From NCBI RefSeq assembly GCF_009914755.1, contig NC_060947.1: a DNA stretch of 64,000 bases. One strand, 5' to 3'. The position numbers and the translations under genes were made by a program. The notes under the pieces were generated by a model that was not told the origin of the DNA, searched no databases, and saw only the letters and a list, made by a program, of their open reading frames with translations. Origin of the DNA: the human T2T-CHM13v2.0 reference genome, Homo sapiens. This document shows positions 1-11,300 of the stretch, piece after piece. Numbering within the stretch: the first letter of the stretch is position 1; every line of letters begins with the position of its first letter.

Positions 1-371
1 ATGGAATACTATGCAGCCATAAAAAATGATGAGTTCATGTCCTTTGTAGGGACATGGATGAAATTGGAAATCCTCATTCTCAGTAAACTATCGCAAGAAC
101 AAAAAACCAAACACCGCATGTTCTCACTCATAGGTGAGAATTGAACAATGAGAACACATGGACACAGGAAGGGGAACATCACACTCTGGGGACTGTTGTG
201 GGGTGGGGGGAGGGGGAAGGATAGCTTTAGGAGATATACCTAATGCTAAATGACGAGTTAATGGGTGCAGCACACCAGCATGGCACATGTATACATATGT
301 AACAAACCTGCACATTGTGCACATGTACCCTAAAACTTAAAGTATAATAATAATAAAATAAAATAAAAAAA
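1..371 (+). mobile_element. L1PA (young primate LINE-1, L1PA3-like) ORF2 end and 3'UTR, cut by window start
   Basis: Canonical L1 3'UTR (G-rich tract, ...gtaccctaaaacttaaagtataataa) followed by an A-rich tail. Confidence 0.92.
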
Positions 372-882
372 GCAAATTTAAAATGTGACAAGAACATTCC
401 TAGTTAATTCCCTTTCATTTTTTTAACAGCTTAATTGAAATATAATTCACATATCATATAATTCACCCATTTAAAGTATACAGTCAGTGGTTACTATATT
501 CACAGAATTGTACAACCATTGCTGCGATCAATTTTGTAACATTTTTATCATCCCTAAATGAAGCCCTGTACTCATTTGCAGTTGCTCCTCAACTCTCAGA
601 CCTAAGCAACAATTAATTCCCTTTTCTTCTTCATAAATTTGCCTATTCTGGACATTTCGTATAAATGGAATCTTGTAATATGTGGCCTTTTGTGTCTTCG
701 TTCACTTAGCGTAATGATTGTGAGATTCATTCATGTCGTAGCATAAATCAATACTTAATTCTTTTTTATGACTAATAATTCCAATGCATTAATGCATTTT
801 ATGTATCTACTCATTAGTTCATGGTCTGGTTATTATAAATAATGCTGCTATGAACATTTGTGTACAAGTTTTTGTGTGAGCA

Positions 883-917
883 TATATATATATTATATAT
901 TATATATATATATATAT
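883..917. repeat. Interrupted (TA)n microsatellite
   Basis: Directly visible TA run. Confidence 0.9.
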
Positions 918-2094
918 GTTTTTGGTTCTCTTGCTTACATACCTAGGAATAGAATTGCTGGATCACATGGCAACTTTGTAACATTTTGAAGAAGGGCCAA
1001 ACTTTCCTAAAGTGACTGCACCTTTATACATTCCTAATAGCAATGTATGAGGATTCTGATTCCTCCACATCCTTGCCAAAACTTATCTTTTTTGATTATA
1101 CCCAGTCTAGTGAAATGGTACTTTATTGTGATTTTGATTTGCATTTCCCTGATGACTAATGATGTTGAGCATTTTTTCATGTGCTTATAGGCCATTCGTA
1201 TATTTTCTTTACCTTTGGAGAAATGTCTATTTAAAAATACTTTATTGTTTTTAAGTGGGTTATTTGTCTTTTTATGGTTGAGCTATAACAGTACTTTATA
1301 TATTCTGGATACTAGACCCTTATCAGATACATGATTTTCAAATATTTTGCTCTATTCTGTGAGTTGTCTTTTCATTTTCTTGATGGTGTTCTTTGAAGCA
1401 CAACAGTTTTTATGAAGTCCAATTTATTTTTTTCTTTAGTTTGTGCTTTGAATAACATATCTAAGAAACTGTCGCCTAAGCCAAGATCATGAAGATTTAC
1501 TACTTTGTTTTCTTCTAAGACTAGTTTTAGCTCTTACATTTCTATCTATGATCTATTTTGAGTTAATGTTTATGTATGGAATAAAGAAGAGATCCAACTT
1601 AATTCTGTTGAATATGTATATACAGTTGTTCCAGAACCATTTGCTGAAAAGGCTTTTCTTTCCCTGTTGAATGATCTTAGCATTCTTATCAAAAATTAGT
1701 TATCAATGGATGTATAGCTTTGTTTCTGGACCTTCAGTTCTGTTCAGTTTATCTTTATGCCAGTACCAGGCTGTCATGATTATTATAGCTTTGTAGTAGG
1801 TTTTAAAATCAGGAAATATTCATCTTCCAACTTTATTCTTTCTCAAAATTGCTTTGACTATTCTGGGTACCTTTCATTTTCATGAACTTTAGGATGAGCT
1901 TGTCAATTTCAGATAGCAAAAAAAGCTATCTGGGATTTTGATAGGGATTGTGTTGAATCTGTAGATCAATTAGGGGAGCCATTTTAACAATATTAAACTT
2001 CTGATCCATGAACATGGGCTTTCTTTCTATTCATTTAGGTTTTCTTTAATTTTTTCCAACAATGTTTTGTAGTTTTCAGTGTGCAAGTCTTACA

Positions 2095-2523
2095 TGACAA
2101 AGACTCTGCTTCACCAAATTTTAGACAAGCTCCTCTGAGCACTCTGTTAAACTAGGTCTCATCCTCGGGCTCTGTCCTTGGCCTGCCTAAGGAAGTCTTA
2201 GCAAAGAATCCTGCTAATACCCCACCCTTGATCAAGTTCCTTGTCCCCTATATTTGTTATATAAGTCCGGCCAGCTTTTAGCAGGAATCCTGTTAGGCCA
2301 GTTTAGAGAGAATCCCCTTGCCCTTGATGCCTCCTCTTAGTAATTTTCCATCCTCTGACCCCCTCACTCTGTTCATTGGCCACAAATCCCCACTGGTCTT
2401 GGTTGTGTTAGGAGTTGAGCTCAATCTCTCCCCTCCATTGTGATAGCCTTGACCCCTATTGCAGTAATCTCAAAATCTGCCTTACCATTTTTTAACCAGT
2501 GTCAGAATAATTTTTCTTTAACA
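2095..2523 (+). mobile_element. ERV1 solo LTR (MER31-like)
   Basis: TG...CA bounded; starts tgacaaagactct..., resembling the recalled MER31 5' end; interrupts L1M. Confidence 0.6.
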
Positions 2524-3258
2524 ATATCTCTTCTAACATCCTTCTTGCCTTGTTCCTAAGTATTTTTTTATGCTATTGTAAATGGAATTTTTCTCTTTCA
2601 TTTTCGGATTGTTCAGTACTAATGTATAGAAATTTTATTGATTTTTATAAATTGGTGTTGTATCATACAACCTTGTTCTCCTTTATTAGTTCTAATAGCT
2701 TTTTAATAGTTTCCTTAGGATTTTCTCTATATAGAATCATGCTACTTGCAAATAGAGATAGTTTTAATTCTTCCTTTTCAGTCTGGATGCTTTTCATTTC
2801 TTTTTATTGCTTATTTGCCCTAGCTAGAACCTCCAGTATAATGTTGAATAGAAGTGGTAAGAGTGGACATCATTGTCTTATTCCTGCTCTTAGGGAGATC
2901 TTGAAGAATCTTCCACAATTAAGTATGAGGTTAGCTGTGGGTTTTTCATAGATGTCCTTTATCAGGTTGAGGAAGTTTCTTTTTCTTATTTGTTGAGTGG
3001 TTTTATCATTAAACAGTGTTGGATTTTGTCAATTTTTTTTACATCTATTGAAATGATGGTTTTTGTTCTTTATTAATATGATGTATTATAACAATTGATT
3101 TTCAGATATTAAATCAACCTTGTGTTTCTGAAATGAATCCCACTGCATCATGGTGTATAGTCCTTTTTGCATATTATTGGATTCATCCTGCCAGTAGTCT
3201 GTTGAGGATTTGTTAAATGTCTGTATTTTTAAGAGTTGTTGGTATATCATTTTCTTTT

Positions 3259-4589
3259 ATTTATTTATTTATTTTATTATTTTTTTTTATTGATCATTCT
3301 TGGGTGTTTCTCACAGACGGGGATTTGGCAGGGTCATGGGACAATAGTGGAGGGAAGATCAGCAGATAAACAAGTGAACAAAGGTCTCTGGTTTTCCTAG
3401 GCAGAGGACCCTGCGGCCTTCCACAGTGTTTGTGTCCCTGGGTACTTGAGATTAGGGAGTGGTGATGACTCTTAACGAGCATGCTGCCTTCAAGCATCTG
3501 TTTAACAAAGCACATCTTGCACCGCCCTTAATCCATTTAACCCTGAGTGGACACAGCACATGTTTCAGAGAGCACAGGGTTGGGGGTAAGGTCATAGATC
3601 AACAGGATCCCAAGGCAGAAGAATTTTTCTTAGTACAGAACAAAATGAAAAGTCTCCCATGTCTACTTCTTTCTTCACAGACACAGCAACCATCCGATTT
3701 CTCAATCTTTTCCCCACCTTTCCCCCTTTTCTATTCCACAAAACCGCCATTGTCATCATGGCCCGTTCTCAATGAGCTATTGGGTACACCTCCCAGACGG
3801 GGCGGCTGCTGGGCGGAGGGGCTCCTCACTTCGCAGACGGGGCGGCTGCCGGGTGGAGGGTCTCCTCACTTCTCAGACAGGGCGGCCGGGCAGCGACGCT
3901 CCTCACCTCCCAGAAGGGGCGGCGGGGCAGAGGCGCTCCCCACATCTCAGACGATGGGCGGCCGGGCAGAGACGCTCCTCACTTCCTAGATGGGATGGCG
4001 GCTGGGCAGAGACGCTCCTCACTTCCTAGATGGGATGGCGGCCGGGCAGAGACGCTCCTCACTTTCCAGACTGGGCAGCCAGGCAGAGGGGCTCCTCACA
4101 TCCCAGACGATGGGTGCCCAGGCAGAGACGCTCCTCACTTCCCAGACGGGGTGGCGGCTGGGCAGAGGCTGCAATCTCGGCACTTTGGGAGGCCAAGGCA
4201 GGCGGCTGGGAGGTGGAGGTTGCAGCGAGCCGAGATCGCGCCACTGCACTCCAGCCTGGGCACCATTGAGCACTGAGTGAACGAGACTCCGTCTGCAATC
4301 CCGGCACCTCGGGAGGCCGAGGCTGGCGGATCACTCGCGGTTAGCAGCTGGAGACCAGCCCGGCCAACACAGCGAAACCCCGTCTCCACCAAAAAAATAC
4401 GAAAACCAGTCAGGCGTGGCAGCACTCGGCAGGCTGAGGCAGGAGAATCAGGCAGGGAGGTTGCAGTGAGCCGAGATAGCAGTAGTACAGTCCAGCTTCG
4501 GCTGGGCATCAGAGGGAGACCGTGGAAAGAGAGGGAGAGGGAGACCGTGGGGAGAGTGAGAGGGGGAGGGGGAGAGGGAGAGGGAGAGC
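3259..4589 (-). mobile_element. Full-length SVA retrotransposon with short VNTR
   Basis: Poly-T tail, SINE-R (~3290-3790), GC-rich VNTR (~3790-4165), Alu-like domain and (AGAGGG)n hexamer; 11-bp TSD CATTTTCTTTT at 3248-3258 and 4590-4600. Confidence 0.96.
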
Positions 4590-4778
4590 CATTTTCTTTT
4601 CTTGTGATGTCTTTGGTTTTGATACCAGGGTAATGCTGGGCTCATAGAATGAGTCAAGAAGTGTTCCCCTTTTCTTCTATTTTGGAAAGATTTGTGAAAG
4701 TTTTGTATTAATTCTTGAAATGTTTGGTAGAATTCACCTTTGAAGCCACCTGGGCTTGGGCTTTTCTTTGTGTGAAGC

Positions 4779-5122
4779 TTTTTTGTTTTTGTTTTTGTTT
4801 TTTGAGATGGGGTCTGTCTGTCACCCAGGCTGGAGTGCAGTGACATGATCCTCTCTAATTCCTCTTTCATTCCCTTGGTGGGAGGGTTACCTGCAGCCTT
4901 GACCTCCTGGGCTCAGGTAATCTTCCCACCTCAGCCTCCCAAGCAGCTGGGACTGCAGGCATGTGCCACCACACCTGGCTAATTTTTGTTTTTTGGTTTT
5001 TTTGTAGAGACAAGGTCTTGCCATGTTGCCCAGGCTAGTCTCAAACTCCTGGGCTCAAGCGATCCACTTGCCTCAGCCTACCAAAGTGCTAGGATTACAG
5101 GCATGAGCCTCCATGCCCGGCC
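4779..5122 (-). mobile_element. AluJ carrying a ~40-bp foreign insert
   Basis: Dimeric Alu with J-type diagnostics (ctcctgggctcaagcgatcc); TSD-like tgaag(c/t)ttt flanks. Confidence 0.88.
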
Positions 5123-5589
5123 TGAAGTTTTAAAATTACTGATTTAGTCTCTATGCTTGCTGTAGCTATTCAGATTTTTTATTTCTTCTTGAGTCTGTTT
5201 AGCAGTTTGTATCTTTCTAGGAATTTGTGCATTTCATCTAAGTTACCTAATTTATTTACACACTCCTGTTTATAGAATTCCCCTAAGATCCTCTTCATTT
5301 TGTAAGTTTGGTGGTGATGTCTCCTCTTTCATTTCTGATTTTAGTAATGTAAGTTTTTTCTGTTTTACTTGGTCATTCTACGTAAAGGTTTGTCAATTTT
5401 ATTGATCTTTCTAAAGAACCAACTTCTGGTTTCATAGATTTTTTTTCTATAGTTTTTCTGTTCTCTATTTAATTTGTTCACCCTAATATTTATTTCCTTC
5501 CCACTGCTAGCTTTAGATTTAGTTTACCCTTCTTTTCTAGATCCATAAGGTAGAAAGTTAAGTTGTTAGGTTGTTAATTTGAGATCATT

Positions 5590-5805
5590 TGTCTTAGCTC
5601 AGGCTGCCATAACAAAATTCCATAGACGTAGTGACTTAAACAACAGAAATTTATTTTCTCACATTTCTGGAGGCTAGAAGTCCAAGATCACGGTGCCAGT
5701 ATGGTCAGGTTCTGGTAAGGGCTCTCTTCCTGGCTTGCAGACAGCATCTTCTCTCTCTGTTCTCCCATCAGGCAAGGAAAAGAGAGCTAGCTGTCTAGTG
5801 TCTTT
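5590..5805 (-). mobile_element. MaLR LTR fragment (MLT1A/MST-like)
   Basis: Typical MaLR motif ...aacaacagaaatttattttctcac...gaagtccaagatca. Confidence 0.75.
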
Positions 5806-8204
5806 TATTTAATTGATACATAATATTTGTACACATTTATGGGGTACGTGTGATATTTTGTTACATGCAAAGACTGTGTAATGATCAAGTCAGGATATAT
5901 GGGGTGTCCATCAGCTCAAGAATTTATTTCTGTGTGATGGGAACATTTCAAATTCTCTCTTCTAGCTATTTTGAAATATATAATACACTATTGTTAACTT
6001 TAGTCACCCTACTCTGCTATCAAACATTAGAACTTATTCCTTCTATCCAACTGTGTGTTTGTACCTATTAACCATCCTCTCATATTCCCTGCTCGGCCCC
6101 ACATACCCACACCCTTCCTAGCCTCTGGTATCTATTGTGCTATTGTCTACCTCCATGAGATCAACTGTTTTAGTTCCCACATGTGAGTAAGAACATGTGA
6201 TATTTGTCTTTCCATGCCTGCCTTATATCACTTAACATAATAACCTCCAGTTACATCCATGTTGCTGTAAATGGCATGACTTCATTCTATTTCATGGTCA
6301 AATAGTATTCCATTGTGTTTATAAACCACATTTTCTTTATCCATTCATCCATTCATGGACACTTAGGTTGACTCCATATCTTTGCTATTGTGAATAGGGA
6401 TGCAATAAATATGCAAGTGCAGATATCCCGTCTATACACTGATTTCTTTTCCTTTGCATAAATACCCAGTGGTAGGATTGCTGGATCATATGGTAGTTTA
6501 ATTTTTAGTTTTTGGGGAAATCTCCACACTGGTTTCCATAGTAGCTGCACTAGTTTACTTTCCCACCAACAGTGTGTAAGTGTTTTTTTTTTTTTTCCTT
6601 ATACTAGCCAGCATCTGTTATTTTGTATCTTTTTAGTAACCATTCTAACTGGGGTAACATGATATCTCATTTTGGCTTTTATTTGCATTTCTATGATGTT
6701 GAGCATTTTTTCATATACCTTTTGGCCATTTGTATGTCTTCTTTTGAGAAATGGCTATTCATGTCCTCTGCCCACTTTTTAAGGGGATTATTTGTATATC
6801 TCCTGTTGAGTTCATTATATATTCTGGATATTATTCCCTTATCAAATGAATAGTTTGCAACTATTTTCTCCCATTCAACTGGTTGTCTCTTCACTCTTGA
6901 TTATTTCCTTTGCTGTGCAAAAGCTTTTTTGTTTAATATAGTCCTATTTGTCTATTTTTCTTTTCGTTACCTGTCCTTTTGAGGTGTTAGCCATAAAATC
7001 TTTTCCTAGAGCAGTGTTCTGAAGTGTTTCCCCTATGTTTTCTTCTAGTAGGTTTATAGTTCTGGGTCTGAAATTTAAGTCTTTAATCTATCTTGGTTGA
7101 TTTTTGTATGTGATGAGAGACAGAGGTCCAGTTTAATTCTTCCACATATGGATATCCAGTTTTCCCAATACCATTTATTGAAGAAAGTGTCCTTTCCCCA
7201 GTGTACGTCCTTGGCACCTTTGTTGAAAATCAGTTGCCTATATATGTGTGGCTGTACATACGTGGATCAATGTCTGGCTTTTCTATTCTATTCCATCGAC
7301 CTTGTGTCTGTTTTTATACCAAACCATGCTGTTTTGGTTACTGTAGCCTTGTAATATGTTTTGAAGTCAGGTAGTGTGATGCCTCCAGCTTTGTTCATTT
7401 TGCTCAGGATTGCTTTGGCTATTTGGACTCTTTTTTGGTTCCTGAAATACTAATTTTAGGATTGTTTTTTCTGTTTCTGTGAAAAATGACATTGGTACTT
7501 CGATAGAGATTGCATTGAATCTGTAGATTGCTTTGGGCTTATGGTCATTTTAATAATATACATTCTTATGATCCATGACCATAAGATGTCTTTCTGTATC
7601 TTTGTGTCATCTTCAGTTTTTTTCATCAGTGTTTTGTAGTTTTACTTGTAGGAGTCTTTCACCTACTCGTTAAATTTATTCTTCAATATTTTATATGTTC
7701 ATAACTATTATAAATGGGATTACCTTCTTGATTTCATAAAGTTTTATTTCACCAAGTTGATTATTGATGCATAGAAACATTACAGATATTTGTATGTTGA
7801 TTCTGTATCCTGCAACTTTACTGAATATATTTATCAGATCTAGGAGTTTTTTGGTGGAGTCTTTGGGTCTTTTAGACATAAGATCATATCATCTGCAAAG
7901 AGGGATAATTTGACATCCTCTTTTTCAATTTGGATGCCCTTTATTTCTTTCTCTTGCCTGATTGCTCTGGCTAGGACTTCCAGTATTGTGTTGAATAGGA
8001 GTAGTGAAACTGGGCTTCCTTCCAGTACTATGTTGAATAGGAGTGGTGAGAGTTTTCCATTTCTTAGAGGAAAGGCTTTTCGTTTTTCCCATTCCGTATG
8101 ATGTTAGCTGTGGGTTTGTCATAAATGGCCTTTATCATGTTGAGGGATATTCCTTCTATGCCTAGTTTTTTGAGAGTTTTTATCATGAAGAGATGTTGAA
8201 TTTT
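5806..8204 (-). mobile_element. L1MA antisense, 3' part; resumes at ~14771-15410 after the L1PA insertion
   Basis: L1MA 3'UTR plus ORF2 remnants (ORFs 6353-6550, 6691-6894, 14904-15134); the sequence is continuous across the TSD. Confidence 0.82.
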
Positions 8205-8359
8205 TTTTGATACCTTGAACTATATATTTTTATTTGAATATATAAAAGTAGAATATCCTATTTTCCTTTTGAGCTATGTCATCATACTGCTAAAATTATG
8301 GATGAAAATGGAAATATTTCAACCTGACCCATTGCAATTTCTATGTTACACATTTGCTC
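8205..8359 (-). other. L1 3'-transduced unique sequence with second poly(A)
   Basis: Non-L1 segment inside the 15-bp TSD, between two A-tails, with AATAAA on the minus strand at 8229-8234. Confidence 0.8.
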
Positions 8360-11300
8360 TTTTTTTATTATTATACTTTAAATTCTGGGATACATGTGCA
8401 GAATGTGCAGCTTTGTTACATAGGTATACACATGCCATGGTGGTTTGCTGCACCCATTAACCCATCATCTACATTAGGTATTTCTCCTAATGCTATTTCT
8501 CCCCTAGCCCCCCTACCCCCAACAGGCCCCAGTGTGTGATGTTCCCCTCCCTGTGTCCATGTGTTCTCATTGTTCAACTCCCACTTATGAGTGAGAACAC
8601 GTGGTGTTTGGTTTTCTGTTCCTTTCTTACCTTGCTGAGAATGATGGTTTCCAGCTTCATCCATGTCCCTGCAAAGGACATGAACTCCTCCTTTTTTATG
8701 GCTGCATAGTATTCCATCGTGTATATGTGCCACATTTTCTTTATCCAGTCTATCATTGTTGGGCATTTGGGTTGGTTCCAAGTCTTTGCTATTGTGAACA
8801 GTGCTGCAATAAACATACGTGTGCATGTGTCTTTATAGTAAAATGATTTATAATCCTTTGGGTATATACCCAATAATGGGATTGCTGGGTCAAATGGTAT
8901 TTCTGGTTCTAGATCCTTGAGGAATCGCCACACTGTCTTTGACAATGGTTGAACTAATTTACACTTCCACCAACAGTGTAAAAGCATTCCTATTGCTCCA
9001 CATCCTCTCCAGCATCTGTTCTTTCCTGACTTGTTAATGATTGCCATTTAATGGTCGCCATTCTTACTGGTGTGAGAGGATATCTCATTATGGTTTTGAT
9101 TTGCATTTCTCTAATGACCCGTGATGATGAGCTTTTTTTTCATATGTTTATTGGCCACATAAATGTCTTCTTTTGAGAAGTGTCTTTTCATATCCTTCAC
9201 ACACTTTTTGATGGGGTTGTTTTTTTCTTGTAAATTTGTTTAAGTTCCTTGTAGATTCCGGATATTAGCCCTTTGTCAGATGGATAGATTGCAAAAATTT
9301 TTTCCCATTCTGTAGGTTGCCTGTTCACTCTGATGATAGTTTCTTTTGCTGTGCAGAAGCTCTTTGCTTTAATTAGATCCCATTTGTCAATTTTGGCTTT
9401 TGTTGCCATTGCTTTTGGTGTTTTAGTCATGAAATCTTTGCCCATACCTATGTCCTGAATGGTATTGCCCAGGTTTTCTTCTAGGGATTTTATGGTTTTA
9501 AGTCTTATGTTTAAGTCTTTAATCCATCTTGAGTTAATTTTTGTATAAGGTGTAAGGAAGGGGGCCAGTTTCAGTTTTCTGAATATGGCTAGCCAGTTTT
9601 CCCAACACCATTTATTAAATAGGGAATCCTTTCCCCATTGCTTGTTTTTGTCAGGTTTGTCAAAGATCAGATGGTTGTAGATGTGTAGCGTTATTTCTGA
9701 GGCCTCTGTTCTGTTCCATTGGTCTATGTATCTGTTTTGGTACCAATACCATGCTGTTTTGGTTACTGTAGCCTTGTAGTATAATTTGAAGTCAGGTAGC
9801 GTGATGTCTCCAGCTTTGTTCTTCTTGCTTAGGATTGTCTTGGCTATGTGGGCTCTTTTTTGGTTCCAAATGAAATTTAAAGTAGTGTTTTTCTAATTCT
9901 GTGAAGAAAGTCAATGGTAGCTGGATGGGGATAGCATTGAATCTATAAATTACTTTGGGCAGTTTGGCCATATTCTTCCTATCCATGAGCATGGAATGTT
10001 TTTCCATTCATTTGTGTCCTCTCTTATTTCCTTGAGCAGTGGTTTGTCATTCTCCTTGAAGAGGTCCTTCACATCCCCTGTAAGTTGTATTTCTAGGTAT
10101 TTTATTCTCTTTGTAGCAATTGTGAATGGGAGTTCACTCATGATTTGGCTCTCTGTTTGTCTTTTATTGGTGTATAGGAATGCTTGTGATTTTTGCACAT
10201 TGATTTTGCATTCTGATACTTTGCTGAAGTTGCTTATCAGCTTAAGGAGATTTTGGGCTGAGACAATGGGGTTTTCTAAATATACAATCATGTCATCTGC
10301 AAAGAGAGACAATTTGACTTCCTCTCTTCCTATTTGAATACCCTTTATTTCTTTCTCTTGCCTGATTGCCCTGGACAGAACTTCCAATACTATGTTGAAT
10401 AGGAGTGGTGAGGGAGGGCATCCTTGTCTTGTGCTGGTTTTCAAAGGGAATACTTCCAGCTTTTGCCCATTCAGTATGATATTGGATGTGGGTTTGTCAT
10501 AAATAGTTCTTATTATTTTGAGATGCATTCCATCAATACCTAGTTTATTGAGAGTTTTTAGCATAAAGCGGTGTTGAATTTTATCGAAGGCCTTTTCTGC
10601 ATCTATTGAGATAATCATGTGGTTTTTGTCATTGGTTCTTTTTCTGTGATGGATTACGTTTATTGATTTGCGTATGTTGAACCAGTCTTGCATCCCAGTG
10701 ATGAAGCTGACCTGATCGTGGTGGATAAGCTTTTTGATGTGCTGATGGGTTCGATTTGCCAGTATTTTATTGAGGATTTTCGCATCAGTGTTCATCAGGG
10801 ATATTGGCCTGAAATTTTCCTTTTTGGTTGTGTCTCTGCCAGGCTTTGGTATCAGGATGATGCTGGCCTCATAAAATGAGTTAGGGAGGAGTCCCTCTTC
10901 TTCTGTTGTTTGGAATAGTTTCAGAAGGAATGGTACCAGCTCCTCTTTATACCTCTGGTGGAATTCAGCTGTGAATCCTTCTGGTCCTGGACCTTTTTTG
11001 TTTGGTAGGCTATTAATTACTGCCTCAAGTTCAGAACTTGTTATTGTTGTATTCAGGGATTTGACTTCTTCCTGGTTCAGTCTTGGGAGGGTGTATGTGT
11101 CCAGGAATTTATCCATTTCTTCCAGATTTTCTAGTTTACTTGCATAGAGGTGTTTATAGTATTCTCTGATGGTAGTTTGTATTTCTGTGGGATCAGTGGT
11201 GATACCCCCTTTATCATTTTTTATTGTTTCTATTTGATTCTTCTCTCTTTTCTCCTTTATTAGTCTCGCTAGCAGTCTATCAATTTTGTTAATCTTTTCA

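Larger units (their letters stand above)
415..5580 (-). mobile_element. Old L1M (L1MB-like) antisense element interrupted by an LTR, the SVA and an Alu
   Basis: T-rich L1M 3' end (aattcacccatttaaagtatacag...) followed by degenerate ORF2-antisense sequence that resumes after each insertion. Confidence 0.75.

Noticed and set aside
3294-4870. Many overlapping ORFs of 73-176 aa
   Set aside because: By-products of the GC-rich SVA VNTR and Alu-like domains.
7977-8052. ~34-bp tandem duplication (cttccagta..tgttgaataggagt.gtga)
   Set aside because: Local duplication inside a dead L1MA; no sign of function.
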